Shown: positions 48,444-62,474 of the stretch, piece by piece | Numbering within the stretch: position 1 is the first letter of the stretch | How the letters are laid out: each line of letters starts with the position of its first letter | Program-made: the position numbers and the translations under genes | Notes under the pieces: model-generated | The model's database searches: none | Told to the model about the DNA's origin: nothing | What the model saw: the letters and a program-made list of their open reading frames with translations, nothing else | NCBI GenBank assembly: GCA_002633005.1 | Contig: NMRA01000641.1 | Span: 110,361 to 174,360, forward strand | Source of the DNA: Phoronis australis | Lineage: Eukaryota > Animalia > Phoronida | Direction: 5' to 3' | Length of the DNA: 64,000 nucleotides

Positions 48444-50746
48444 AGACTCATCTCTTGCCTACGAACCACCTTGTACACAGCCTAACCGCATTTTTCCGTG
48501 TACCCCACATTTTTTTTTTATGCTGCCTCCATTATATGGTATCTCTTTAGACAGTGATTTTTACTTGGAATTATTTCAAAATTTTCTCATCAAAGCCAGT
48601 GTGACGGCTAGAACATTTAATGAGATGTTAATGGAGTGACATTTCCATTTTGGTCCTTTCCGCATCAGTGCATTGCAGCATGCCAAGAAATCACCTGGTC
48701 TTACGTTTATGTTGTTTTTCCTTACCTCTTATTAGGTAGAGAACTTTTCGATCCTTTGAGCTGAGATTCCTCCAAATTTCATAAGTATTTTGCCGATGAA
48801 ATTCTTTAATTGATTTATTTCTTGTGATTTAGATTCAGAGCTTCGTTTGTCATGTATCTAATTATTAACATATTTTGTTTGGCGATTTCGACTTTTCCCA
48901 ATTTTAGCTTGGAGTAGACTGGGCGTATCTGTAGTTATTGGGGACAAATTAAAATAGTATGAATAATATATTTTAAGTTGCATTGGGAATTTCAGGGTGA
49001 CAGCTCTACAAATAAATATTTCGCAGAAGGAACCAGGTGGGTTCCTTAATTATAAGAGATAACACACACATTTACGATACCCAATGTGTAATTGAGTATC
49101 GTATACCAAGTGGCACAGCTAGTTTAGCACAGTACCAAATGGGTACATAATACCAAATGGGTATTGGCCGATTGCCTACCAAGTCGGGGTCGAGCAAAAT
49201 GGCAAATTCAATGACAAGTATCAAATGGGTACAAATTGCCAAATGGGAAAATATATAAAGTATCAAGTCGGTACACCAGACAGACAACTGGGCTATAACA
49301 ACCTGCAAAGCCTTTAACGGACAAGCTGCGAGTGAGCAGACCAGCAGGAGTGATAAAAAGAAATATTGTAAGGAACATGAGTTGTTCAATATGTGCATGG
49401 TTCATAGGAGGTTCAGGTAATCATTACAATGTCTGATTTATATTGATTTAAAATTTTGAGAATATACATTTATCTTACATCTTTTCTTTTCTCTGTATCA
49501 CATAAATGTCTCGTTTGACCATCAGTGAGTGTGTTGTAGTGTCTACACTCAGTGGCGCATTTAGAGGGGGCCAAGGGGTCATGCCCCCCCCGCTAAAATT
49601 CTCTCATTAAATTTGGTAATTCGGGGTGTAAGTGTCTGACGGGCTAATTCCTGGCTGATACTCTGCCCCGCCCCCAACTAAAAATCCTGGATCCGCCCCT
49701 GGTCAAGGTTTTGCAGCACTGGCTGCAGCGTAGAACAGACATTACGTAGTACGTTTTGTTTGAGTAGACTTGAGTACGTGTGGCCGAAATTAATAAACTG
49801 ATTAACTCGAACCAGTCTTCAGTTTATCGTCCACCGGTCAGCGATAACCTGTGTCCGCCCATCCATGGAGTATACCGCGTGTTCAGTATAAAATTTGATG
49901 CGTGCCGACTAAGTACGTTTTCTGAATAAAACGGATAAAAAGACGAATATAGACTACAGTCTATGATTACACAAACTATTTCACTGTCCAGCAGCTTCCA
50001 TAATTTTTACAATACCACAAAAATGAGATTTCATGCTAAAATTTGACACTGATTTTGAGCGAAAACTGATGTGCCCGACTTTTGAACTATTTATCAGAGT
50101 AGGAATTGTTTAAACTACATTTTAGTAATATAACAAAAGAAAGTAAACTGCAACGCATAGTATGATCCAAATCCGTGACATGGCACCATAAATTATTATT
50201 GGATTAACTCATCCATGGTTTCAGTAATAATNACTGATTAACTCGAACCAGTCTTCAGTTTATCGTCCACCGGTCAGCGATAACCTGTGTCCGCCCATCC
50301 ATGGAGTATACCGCGTGTTCAGTATAAAATTTGCAAACAGATGCGTGCCGACTAAGTACGTTTTCTGAATAAAACGGATAAAAAGACGAATATAGACTAT
50401 AGTCTATGATTACACAAACTATTTCACTGTCCAGCAGCTTCCATAATTTTTACAATACCACAAAAATGAGATTTCATGCTAAAATTTGACACTGATTTTG
50501 AGCGAAAACTGATGTGCCCGACTTTTGAACTATTTATCAGAGTAGGAATTGTTTAAACTACATTTTAGTAATATAACAAAAGAAAGTAAACTGCAACGCA
50601 TAGTATGATCCAAATCCGTGACATGGCACCATAAATTATTATTGGATTAACTCATCCATGGTTTCAGTAATAATAATATATAGAAATTGGAAATACTGCC
50701 TGAAATTTCTGAGGATAACGGAATCGAAGCAAAAATAAAGAAAACT

Positions 50747-51165
50747 GATAACAATTCCTTACACAGCATTGTGAACAACAATTTCTGGGAATAGCATTAC
50801 AAGCATTTTTTCATGACCATCCTTGGAAAGAATGCCAACTGAAACGCGACTATTGTAATATCAGTTGAATTGAATGCAATCAACCTTGTGTAGTACAAGA
50901 GAACGTCTGTATACATATGTATTTATCGGATAACGATTCTTTACCCAGCATTGAGAACAACAACTCCGAGGCACAGTTTTCAAGCATTTGGAAAGAGTGT
51001 AATCTGAAACGCGACTGTTGTGATGTCGGTTGAATTAAATGTAACCAACCTTGCATGTATTTATCTGATAACGATTATTTACTCTGCATTGAGAACAACA
51101 ATGTCGAGGCATAGTTTTCCATGCATTTTTTCATGACGATTCCTGGAAAGAACGCAAACTGACAC
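50747..51165. repeat. Degenerate tandem repeat, about 3 units of 140-180 bp
   Basis: GATAAC..TT.TTAC...GCATTG.GAACAACAA recurs at about 50747, 50929 and 51068. Confidence 0.7.
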
Positions 51166-53916
51166 GCTTCGGCATTCAGTAACAGTAGCATAGAATATGC
51201 ATTTGAAAACTGCACTCGTCAGATATTGTCACTCAACAGGAGATGTTTGTATGCATTATAGATGACTTTTATTCGCCGTTATTACGGAAATAAGAAAGTA
51301 CGTGATCTAGTTTTTGAAATTACTGGGCACATTCTCGTGTCTCTCATTAATGTCGGGAAGGCAAAGAATTTTAGATCACGCATCCACGGATATTTGTCCA
51401 GTTTATAAAACTTTTTCACGCCGGTGTTGTAGCCCTCAACACAACACTTAATACGTCGTTAGCATAGGAAGAACGAATAGAGTAATGCAACCGAGATAAA
51501 CTTGTTAAGAATCAGACGACAACAAATAACATATGAAACTCCAGTGGCTCGAAACAAGGCAGCAAATGAGCCTGATGAATGTTTACGGCATTGCGGGTAA
51601 ATACTGCGAGATTCGAGTGTCGCTGTCACGGTGTAATCCGGGACGGCCCTATTGCCATGAACCGCAAGTGTATAGTACTAACTGTATACTTTTAATTCTA
51701 CTAGTTACGTATGCTTCGACCGAGCAGTTAATAACTAGCGGAAAGCGATCGAGAAACAATCCTAATAAACTTCAACACGTGTATTATACTCAAGAAAATA
51801 ACCCCGGCATGAATGGTGAAGGTTACTGGAGTGATACATTGACTTATTCAGTCCTGACAGTGGCGTTATTTTAAACTCGGGAGACGATTTGTGTGCGTTA
51901 AAATATTACCCTTCGTTATCCGTAGGATTCACAGATTGTAGGTGATACTCAAGCATTAAACTAAGACCGTAGGTTATTTTTAGAAATGCCATTGCTTGAG
52001 AGAACGCTTGTTAGCTGTCGATCCGCCGGTTTTCGGATGTAGCGCAGCTTAAAAAACTCCAAAAAGTTTCTCAGCTACTTTGAAATTTGAATACGCATCT
52101 TAGTCGACTACAGAGATTTTATCGCTTACTTCTCTCCGAGCCAGTTCTAAATGTCGTCTTGTCTTTTACGCTGGCATTGTCCTCCGCGATAATTCTACGT
52201 TTCGAACACTCACTGACGCCTTGCTACGCGAGGCTACCTAATTTTATAAGCACCTCCTCGTGATGGTCACGTGACACAACAACTCATTTCTCTGACTCCG
52301 GCAAGTGTGCAAAAAAGCCCATTAATTGGTCCAGTTTCATAAAGTTTACGTAAGCAGTGGGGCATTTAGGGGGAAGGGGCGGGCAAGGGGGCCATGTCCC
52401 CCCTAAAATTCTCCCACATTCAATTTGGCAGCTCGGGGTGCGAATATCTGCCCTGGCCCTCCACCCCCTCCCCCCCCAACTCAAAATCCTGGATCCGCCC
52501 TTGTCACTGACTTGACAGGTGAGTCAATCAAGCCTAATAATTACAGCCAACCATGTGACAGGTGAGTCAATCAAGCCTAATAATTACAGCCAACCATGTG
52601 ACGGGCTCATGTAAACCCACAGTCTGTCATATCTTTCTTCGTCCCAGTTACGGAGTAGTTGTGAATAAAGGCGTTTAGGATGGTTTTACCATGCACTTTC
52701 GCCTCTTGGAGAAAATGAAACCTGAAAAATGCCTGTCGCTGATTAAACATGTGGCGCATACATGATTAGACGATTATACACTGTACCGTTTTGATAAGCC
52801 ATAGATTATCTGTTATTTACCATTCCTTATTGTGGTTTACCATTCTGTGTAATAAGTGCCTGTTGGTATCGATTGAGCAGATAGATGTAAAAAAACAACG
52901 CCGTCTGTATAACGCAACTTTTATTACCCGGTACTGAAATGTTGCTTCTCCAACTGTTGCTGAAGCTAATGTTGATTGAGCCAATGAGATAAATATATCT
53001 CATTGGACTGAACCTGTAGCCGCTGTACCTGGTTAGAGCCAATGAGATAAACACATCTCATTGGCTAGAGCTGATTAGAACTATTCAGAGCTCATTAGAG
53101 GTGTTGAACTGATTAGAACTGATTAGAACTGTTGAATTTTAGAACTGATTATGACAAGATTTGGTATGTCTAACCAAATCTTAATACACGACTTTACGTC
53201 AATGCTCGACCATTAAGCTATGGGAGGCATCGTAATTACAAAATTTTTACTTCACAAGTGTTACAAGTGAAGCAGACGCTCAAAAGCAAGTCTTGTACAT
53301 ATATGATTGATTAATCTGAGCACGTGACACTAATGGTCAATTCCGGAAGACTATGAAATCTGAAAGTTTCAATGCGGCTATGAGAGAATTAATTGGTTCT
53401 ACTTTGGTCTGTAGAGCAAACCAAGAAAACATTGATTCTACGTGCAGTAGGTTTTGAAAGTATATATTTGATGAGATGGACAGAAAATTATTTTGCTATA
53501 ACTAGAAGTTGAAAAGGAAATTTAAAACAAGCAAACCCTATTGGTGTGCTGAATATTGTGCGAGCTTTGGAAAGATGTAAGCTTTAAGGTAAGAAGGCTT
53601 CTGAAATACAGCGGCGCTTGAGAATAACCTCTTTACCAAGACGCCAATTTCAAAATGCTCAGTTACTATTTGATAAAGTTCACAGGAGAACTAATGGAAG
53701 CAGGGGGCCAAGGTGACTAACTCAAAGTCACCTTAAATTTGAGTCTCGTTCACGTGTATTATAAGACCTGTATGTCTAACAATTATCTGAGTGACGAACA
53801 TGTGCTTAAGAGGATTGTAAGGGTTAATGTTAAGGTAGTCAAACCTGGTGACAGATTATGTAGTCATTTATTATCAGAATATAAAGTCACGTCACCTTCT
53901 GACAAAAAATACCAGT

Positions 53917-54590
53917 CGTGAAAGATTACGAGCAGTGGCCAAACGTGCTTTTCTTTGCGCCACGGGATCGCCGTACGGTTTTCAGTATACGTTTTCGGCG
54001 ATGGCACGGCGGTGGTACAGCGGAAGAACGGCGATGATGGAGGTGCTATTGCGGACCTTGTACGGTGCCACGGCGGTCACGACAACGTCGCGGCGATCCC
54101 ACTGCGGATCGGCACAACCCGCGGTGGCAGTGCGGAAGTTTTGAATATGTTCAAAGTTTCCGCCGTGCCATCGCGAATTTCCGCGGTTTCGACAGTTTTC
54201 CACGGTGCTACGGCGATCAATGGCGGAACCACTGCAGAACCACGGCGATCTTGGCAGTGCCACTGCGGTTTTTGCCGTACAAGCACCGCAGTGGCACAGC
54301 ACCTCCCATAACGTGAGGATTTAACTGCATAGGGGTCTCACACTCCACTTATTTATCCACATTATTTTGAAAACGCTTCGCCCACTCAAACATTGCGTGT
54401 CATTAAAAAAGAGATAAGCATACCTGCAGCTGACTCAGCAAGTAGAACTACTCTCGTTTATCACATTGGTGTAGACTCACAGTTGAACTGTGGTTTTCTG
54501 TTGACCCCAGACCGTCCGGAGTTGCATCCGATACTAACTCCGGATGGTCTCTCACGACGATTTAGCGTTATGGGTGTGACGGGGGTATTA
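53917..54590. mobile_element. GC-rich MITE insertion(s) within the Penelope relic
   Basis: Abrupt GC-rich block of CACGG/CCGTG repeats; CCCATAACG at ~54305 is inverted with CGTTATGGG at ~54567; splits the PLE reading frame. Confidence 0.5.
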
Positions 54591-54987
54591 CCAATTCACA
54601 TGTCATATGGATGAATGTCTTCGTCCTTATTCTCGTGAACAGTGTTACATTCTTGGCGCGACGGTTGTCCATGCACTTTCAGGGGAATCCATTCAAGATC
54701 ACTTTGTACACCAACATGGCCCAAAAATAACTAGACAGGAAATAGTACACAATACCATCATTCGTTATGTTGAAAATGACATATTTCGGCTAAAGATTTT
54801 GGAATCGCTATTGATTAGTCATAAAAAAACCTGCGTTGAATGAACAGCTCACAGGTGTGTATCGCACGCTGGTTCTGTTTAGATAGAGTTGCGGGCTTTG
54901 TACCGGGTGTTGCATTCCCACTCTCTTCTTGTATGCTGTCACGTGTATTTCACTTTTAATTTCGCTCTGTATATTCTCATTCCTCTC

Positions 54988-55028
54988 ATTGCCTGATGAT
55001 GTGACATAAAGTCACGAAATATAGTTAC
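54988..55028 (+). ncRNA. Degenerate minimal type I hammerhead ribozyme motif
   Basis: CTGATGA (54993-54999), T, stem II GTGAC-ATAAA-GTCAC, GAAA, palindromic ATAT; stem I weak; location at 3' end of a PLE is as expected. Confidence 0.55.
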
Positions 55029-55399
55029 TGTTTTTGTTTATTTGTTATGTCTCTTGGTTGTTACCTCATTCCTGCACACCAAACGAAAGGAGACTGTTCC
55101 GAAATTACGAACGTATCAGTACCAAGTTCGCTAACAAAAATTATATTTATCCCATACGCGTTGAATCTGTCGAGGGAAATACGGCCATGCAATAAAGTTT
55201 TCCATATTCACCTTCCGCACTACTTCAACAGTGACCTCTGACGTGGAAAGTTCAAAAGGTAAGTCAATGTCCACTCGACGTCGTTTAGCCGGTTCGATCC
55301 CTAAACTTTCGGAATTATAGCAGTGTAAATAACGCACAACATACAATCAGGTCTCATTCATAACATCTGGAACAGGACTGTTAAATGACAATTCTTTCT

Positions 55400-55660
55400 C
55401 AGTTTTCATTTGCTAAATATTTTATCGTCTTCAACTCTGGCGCCAATTCCTCGGTAACCACAATATAATTGCTCATGATGACATAGTCAGCTGTACTAGA
55501 TCCATTATAAGTTTCACATGTTACATTACCAATGTCTGCATCTTTCCCTAATCTTCTATTCAGGATTCTTTTCTCATTTCTTTCACAAAACTGTAATAAT
55601 TGTGCACCGAACTCATTTACCTTACCATAATTTTGTGAGGTCCTACAACGCAACATTTAT
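55400..55660 (-). mobile_element. LINE AP-endonuclease relic
   Basis: RTSQN..VNEFGAQLLQFC....ILNRR.GKD...G.VTC....GSSTADYVI matches the non-LTR APE C-terminal motifs. Confidence 0.75.
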
Positions 55661-55986
55661 TAAATTATGGATAACCTCAGCTCGAACGTCAGTATAGAAT
55701 TAGCACACAAACAACGTGATATCCGTCTTCAGTCAGGTGATTATCAACATGGAACGGATATCTTAGTCGGAATTTCTTGAAGATGGTTGTATGGGAGGAG
55801 TTAAAGAATCCTTAAATATTACAGTCGTAGATGATTAAATTGAAGGTACTGGTATCGGCAGGACTAGTTTAGGAGCCCCAATATAGCGACTATTCCCCTG
55901 GCTTGTCACCCCTCAACAGTTTGATGGTTGTGGTGGATCTACCATTTCATTGATCGTGGATTTTGTCAATTTTCAGCCTATAACAT

Positions 55987-56330
55987 TTATACTGTATTGC
56001 CAACTACTACTGCAAGCGTTATTACCAAGGCTTGATTGAATTGAAAGAAATGTCGACTTAGTGCCCTGGACGTTTGTAGTGGTCGGTGCGTCATAGAGCA
56101 CGTCTTGTTCGTGTTACGAGCAGTCGCCTGATTGGCTGCTGACGTTGGTATCGCGCATGCCATGTCGGTTATCGCTGCCCAGATCTCTTCTCCACTGGGT
56201 TTGATATCTGACTGTTGTGTTATGAACCCCGAAGTTGAGTGTGAGTATTCTGGAAATAGTTCGAAGGTGAACACATAGTCGATACCAGCAGTTCCATAGG
56301 CCCAGTCTAACGAGGTTCCGGTAGTGGTAT
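55987..56330 (-). CDS. M14A metallocarboxypeptidase, last exon
   Basis: CAG acceptor 56331-56333; (Y)TTTGTSLDWAY..IDYVFTFEL (Glu270 equivalent), GF..IKPSGEEIWAA, hydrophobic C-terminus, TAA at 55987-55989. Confidence 0.92.
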
Positions 56331-59131
56331 CTGCAACGATAACGATATGCCAAAGGTTTGAGAAATCGTTTGGCGTCCATGTGTTTAATACATAATAGTA
56401 TATTTCAGATAGAAATTCAATCAATCCTGTGTGTCCCTTCACAGTAGGCCTAACTGCATAGTATTGTCCCTGTTCTGACGCCAAATAAAAATTTCCCCTC
56501 TGTACATACCAAACCATTTGTTACCCGGGAGCACTAGTGGACGTGGGTGTTTGGGAAATGGTGCTCAAATTTGTGCCATGTTTCATTTTTGTTTTAGATT
56601 TGGGTCGCATTTCACCCGCTGTCATTTTAGATGAATAATAACGTGCTTTGAAAACAATCATTTGATAGGAGAATGGGATACAATTTGGTGGATTTTTTCC
56701 AGATGAGGTATAAATACGAGTCATATTCTAAGACCGCTTTCAATATTTGTAGAAGTGGGACACAGTTCGGGAACTAGGTATAATCATGACAAGGTATAAA
56801 TATCACCCAGATTTTGAATACCAGCTATACGTTTGTGCTCTAAAAGATGAAGATTAGTGCCACTCACCCCCCCCCCCTCCCCTATGTTTGTTGTCGTGCT
56901 CCTCATTTTGCCTGTTAAGGGTGACGAGGTGACCTGGGTTCAGTGGTAGATTAGGCAAATATAACCTATTATCGGTGCAGTGTTTATTTCCGATATTCTT
57001 AATCCAACATGAAAATGGATGAATGCCTAATGGGGTTACCTTAGGAAAGAAAAAACTACTCTGCCATAGTTCTTGCCCAATCTTAGGCCGTAGTCCCAGC
57101 CATCTTATCATTTACGTCCGTGGATACTCCAGGGGAGCAACTTTTCCAAATGCTGCAAAATCATTTTCATCAAAATTCCCAAGAATACACTTGCACGTTT
57201 AGTAAAAATCTTATTTTGCAAATTTGCGCTCAATTGGCCGTCCCAAACTCGGGCACTGCTGGCAGTTTTTGTCCAACGTTTCAGTGATCAGTACTGCTTT
57301 TTATAAACTTCCAAGTCTATTTTCTGACTACGTTATGAAAAAACAAAGTATTTTGGAATTTAAGAAATATAAAAAGGGAAATATCTCCGTGCTCCAAATT
57401 TCACAAAAAAAAGAAAATTCAATTTTGGCTCAGATTTTGCTGTCCAAATTTTGGAGAATGTGGATAATGAGAATTACGACAATATTATAATGAATGTGAT
57501 GATGGTTATTTCAATGAAGAAGCATTGGAAATGTTAGGTTATCCATATTTTGTTTTAGATATCAAATCCTTGTCAAGTTCCAAATGGTTAAGAATATTGT
57601 TCTCTTGATATGCGCTCAGAATACGTTTTTGGTCAACACCAGGCGCTGCTAAAATATATATTTTCTTTCTTAACACTTTTTTCATCTTATTTCATAATAC
57701 TTATCACTTTTCCTGTCTAGCTATTTCCCGAATGAACAAAACCAAATCAAATAATATCTCTGTCCTCCGATTGTTTGAAACGCGGCACAGCAACTTCCGG
57801 CACAGCGTCAGGTGGCACTATGCGCTTAGACAGACAGCCGGCGGCGGTCAGTTTACACTGCCTAGAAATTAGACGGCAGTTTTGAGTTAGGAATTACATG
57901 TAGATTCAATCAATCAGGTTTGTCCGTATTTGTGAACATGTTAAGCCACTAGTTCAGCTATAGATATACTTTTGTTCAAACTGGCGGCCCCCAGCCTGTA
58001 GCACTGATTTTTGTGTAGCTTAATCGACTGAGAAATCTGCTGCGATTTCAGGTAGCCCCCAAACAACCCAGTATTGCAAAAATATCTAGTTGTACTGCAG
58101 CATGTTTGGACCACATGTTTGGAATCTTTAGAAAAGTGGCTTTCTAGTCTGCGTTTATGTCCAGTATTGACAGGGAATTTGGGCTAAAAACTGCTACTTT
58201 CACTTTTTCCCACTTTTTTCGGAGTGTTACTTCGCTTTGGTAGAAGTGAGTGGACCAACTTGTCAGAACATTATCAACGTTTCTGTGGTCATGTGTAGCG
58301 CTTTTCATGTAAAATAACTGACGCAACGTTTCATTCTGTTCATACAGTTTCGACACAGTGGAAGAAAGGCAATAAATCCAGCCCTTAATATGGGGGGCTC
58401 GAATCTCTGACAAAGTGGACCTTTTGCAAACAAAAAAGAGGGAGGACTTAAAAAAAGGGGTACCACCTTCAGGTCTGTGAACTGTACGTTAATTGAATTT
58501 GTCTCGTTTTCTCGAACTTTTTGTTTCTCTGAGCCGGATCTTTTTACCCACTTCGCCAAACGCCCCCCCCCCCCTCCCTGGGTGTGATGTGTGCTTCGCC
58601 AAGCAAAGCCCAGCCAAAACAGTACACTGCCTCCTTATATTGGCCGGGTTAATGTTCAATATCACTTTTCATTCCTGCCACCTGGACGCCAAATGTAGCT
58701 AGTCGCGACCTGACCGATCAAACGATGTAGCAACTATAAAACGAGTTCATGAAGCGGGCAGACGATGTCAGAATATCAAAGTATGTGAAAACAAGCTTAT
58801 CAAATAAGAGACGAAAGGAATCAGAAGCATCAATGGTGGTGTAATAAATAAAGTTTGGCTTCTCGTGATCCACGTAGCCTGATATCACCCTCGGGGTCTG
58901 TTCATATTTGTCATCACTCCGGGAAAGTATCTAACCGGAGACAAAACGGGCAGAGGAAAGAAGCATCCGCGGTCTTACAATAAAACAAATATAGACCGAT
59001 TCTTCGGATCTTTAAAGTCATGTGGACATCAGCCGATCAATAGTGCCTTCGGCCAAACCTCAGTCCATATGACCTGGTATATTTCCCTCGGGATCGGTCC
59101 ATACTTGTTAGTGGTCAAGGTTGTTACGTAC

Positions 59132-59216
59132 AAAGAGTGCGCGCTGCAGTACCAACCCCGAAACTTCTGCGTGACACACGGTTTATGGCTTCTGCGCCAA
59201 TGTTTCCAACACGCAT
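59132..59216 (-). CDS. M14A metallocarboxypeptidase, penultimate exon (not in ORF track in this frame)
   Basis: CAG acceptor, MRVGNIGAEAINRVSRRSFGVGTAARTL + T, GTACGT donor; 85 bp joins phase 0 to phase 1 and recreates the Tyr248 equivalent. Confidence 0.85.
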
Positions 59217-60479
59217 CTGAAAATAAAGAAAAATCGAAAATCATACATCTTTTGAAAAACGGCGGTAGTGAACCAAATATGTCTAATATTAGTAAATAAA
59301 CTTAAACCGTGAATTTGTATATTATCAAAGCCACGAAATCCAGGTAACTTGAGTTAGGCAATTGTGAATTTGATTCTTTGGATTTGCAAACACATCAGAG
59401 TGTTAACAAAATACTGGAATCATTTTAATTATCATAGGCATTCAGCCTTCAGGTCTCGATCATAGCTTTTCATAAGAACGCGGCCACAAGGGGCGCTGAA
59501 TTGTAATGTTTTAATGCATGATCCCCTGGCAGCCAACTTGAGTCGCTGCTGCTTTAAAAAATAAAAATACAACGGACACACAAGATCGTTTTCAGAAAGA
59601 CACGTATCACGTAGGTCTTGTAACGTAATTTGATTCTCTCTAAATATTATGTTTGGTCTCTCTAGCCAGATACTAACGTAGGAACTGACGCTTGAAATAC
59701 AGGCGAAAGTATTGTCATAATCTGGTGGCCAATCGTCTAACTCAAACTCAGTATCATTTTCTTCTCGACCGAGTCGATCAGAGGAGAAAGGAAAAGTTGG
59801 CTTCTGTTCAAATTCTAGGTCAAAATTTCGTACACAGTACATCATCGAATGAACTGGGTTTGCACTCGAATTGAGCAGGAAATGTGTTTCTGGAAATGAA
59901 ATCTCGGACCTCAATACTGTCACCTTGATAACCAAATAAAGCAATCTCGGGATCACAACATTGTTATCCTGATAACCAAAATACTTAGCTTTGGCTTTAA
60001 TTCTCATCATCACCAATAGGGATGCCATTTAGAAACTCACATTTAAGTGTAAGACATACACGGAGTGTATGGAATACTTTTGGAAAAATTCACTATACAG
60101 CTGGGGTAAACGTATAGGTTATCCTACATAGGGCCTACGTAGGAATACTACTGCCATATTCCATCTCGAATTCATTCGGTCTCGGGTTGGGACATTACCA
60201 GATGAAACGATGGGATAGAGCAATGGTATTCCTATGTGTGTGTAATAACCTTTTTATTCCATAAATATGAACTTATTTGCATCATCGCGGCAATATCTTG
60301 TCGCCGTATGCGTCGGCTTGCTTTTATATGACGTCATACATACGCCAAGCACGGTACCCGCACCGACTTCAAGAGTTTGCATACACCCCAGCCGGTTGCC
60401 TTGGGGTAAAGCTGTATACTAATTATCCAGCGTTGCGCCGATGTGAATAAAAAACTGACCAGAGAAAATCTGACAAAAA

Positions 60480-61520
60480 TAGCGTCATTAAAGACCATAT
60501 GGCTTCTTTGAGTAAACTTAAATATATACCTAATATTAACAATGATCACTTCTGGAAAGATTCTTTTGAATGTGTAATCTCTTTTGGAAATTGTTTGAAG
60601 ATCAAAAATCAGATTTTCTTAACCAACCTTTATGATTTAGCAGTGACCTGCAGGCCGTGGCAAAAATATTTTCTGCAGGAACTGGTGCCATGGAGGCATA
60701 GACTTTATAAAGAACTTGTTTTTCCCAGACGGTAATATTTTGAGCTATAGATTTATTGTGGATATTTTAGGTATCAAAACTAACTTTATGGAGTATAATA
60801 GTCTAATTTCAGTGATATTTAAGTACCAACAGAAATGTGGTATTGATAGAGTTGTTAGTTTTGATGCCTATTGTCCTGTTATGCCAACGATTTTAATGAA
60901 ACTGAAAAGTGGTGGGAGAGGGTCTCAACATATTTGCTCACAATTAAATTATAGATCTGCAGTTTCAAAAGCGGAGTCAAAATGGGCCAATGAACTGAAC
61001 GTAAATACAAATATTTTTTCATGCCATTGGGAAAATATCTATTCCCATCTATATAACACAACAAGAGCCTCAAGAATTAGGTAGCTTCAGTTCAGACTCT
61101 TGACGAGAATTTTGACTACTAACTCATTTTTAAAAATAATTCAAGTTAGGGATGACGACTCTTGTTCCTTTTGTGGACAATCGAAAGAGACTTTGAAACG
61201 CTTAGTTTGGTAATGTGAAACAGTAAATTCATTTTGGACAAAAGTTAATAACAAAATTTTAAACGAAGCAAATCCCCAGTATGTCGGCACTCTCTCTTGC
61301 AACAATGTTATTCTTGGGCTTTTTGATAAAAAGGAAAACTTTAAAAACATTGTTTTACTATTGGGTAAACAGTTTCTTTATTCCCAAAAGTTCAGATCAA
61401 AAAGATTTCTAAGTAGATTTTTAACTTCATGAAAGAATATCATATGAGTGAAAAGCATAGTGCTCGTAAGGATTTGAATTCAGAATTTGTACAAAAAAGA
61501 TGGTGTAACTTCGAAACTGT
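60480..61520 (+). mobile_element. 3' end of an L1/Tx1-type LINE (zf-RVT region), degenerate
   Basis: KW..EL......WE.IY, FQFRLLTRILTTN..L, CSFC....ETL..L.W*C..V..FW; lies antisense in the carboxypeptidase intron. Confidence 0.85.
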
Positions 61521-61580
61521 TTTTTTTTAGTAGTCAAGAGGTTTGTGTTATTGTAAATGTTCACATTGCCAATAAACGTA

Positions 61581-61757
61581 AAAAATGGCGTTCTACCGCT
61601 GCCAATATTGTGGTGTAATCTCTTGCGTCGGCTTTCGGCGCCTCGTGGAAGAAGAACAGTTGAATGAAGAATCGACGATAAAATAAACTGGCCAATACGT
61701 GACGTAATATTTCATGGCGCCGAAATGCGACGCAATAATGGTAGAACGCCAATTTTT
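61581..61757. mobile_element. Palindromic MITE
   Basis: AAAAATGGCGTTCTACC / GGTAGAACGCCAATTTTT outer arms and TTGCGTCG.CTTTCGGCGCC / GGCGCCGAAA.TGCGACGCAA inner arms; related fragment at 3607-3760. Confidence 0.65.
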
Positions 61758-62474
61758 CTAACATGGGTTTATATTTTAGTTCACTCAAGGAAGCCAAAAA
61801 AATTTTAAGCTGTATGTTCAGTATACATCTTTGCGCCAAGGCTAAAAGTTATCCTGTAATATCAGCCATCAAAAGCAATGCCAAACAATCATTTGTGCTT
61901 TTGATAACTGCACTTCATTTCTTTTGTTTCCCTCGTAAGTTGTGTCTTTGTCCAGTTATTTATAACGACCTAGCGAAATGCTGTCCAATTTTGCGACATA
62001 TTGTTTGGCAAATCTAGGTAAGGCGAATCGTGAACTGGCATATTTCGAATTTATATCAGACATAATTCGGATTTATAACAGACATAAATCCGAATTATGT
62101 CGCACTGCCACAAAGTATACGTACTCAGCCGCTCATAATCAAGTTGCAGTTCATGCCATGGGATTTTATGAACCACATTCTTCTTGTTCTTGGCCATTTG
62201 TAAGCAGTACAGGGTCACATTATAAGCAGTGCCGGCTCACGTTATTGGGATTTGCAACATTTATCGTCATACTGACCAAAAACAACGTATCAGTAGGCCG
62301 CTGTCTAGTTCTGGATACCCGCGCAAATAATTGGAACTATCTGTTGAGACTGAATCAACCTTCTCTTTCGTTTTAATCCCGTACCTAAGGATCTCTTCCA
62401 TGTTCAAGAATGGCCGATGATGATACCTGTTGTTTAACCCATTATTTGGAAGATAAATGAATAAAATATCTTAC

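Larger units (their letters stand above)
53200..55030 (+). mobile_element. Penelope-like retroelement relic (RT C-terminal region and GIY-YIG endonuclease), interrupted by MITE(s)
   Basis: Fragments VYYKTCMSNNY..DEHVLKRIV, YQFTC..., LARRLSMH, SIQDHFVHQH..ITRQEIVHNT..RLKILESLLI match PLE endonuclease consensus; hammerhead-like core at the 3' end; many stops; 5' boundary approximate. Confidence 0.7.

Noticed and set aside
59432-60028. 198-aa minus-strand ORF in the carboxypeptidase intron
   Set aside because: No recognisable domain; not needed for the exon chain, which already joins in frame
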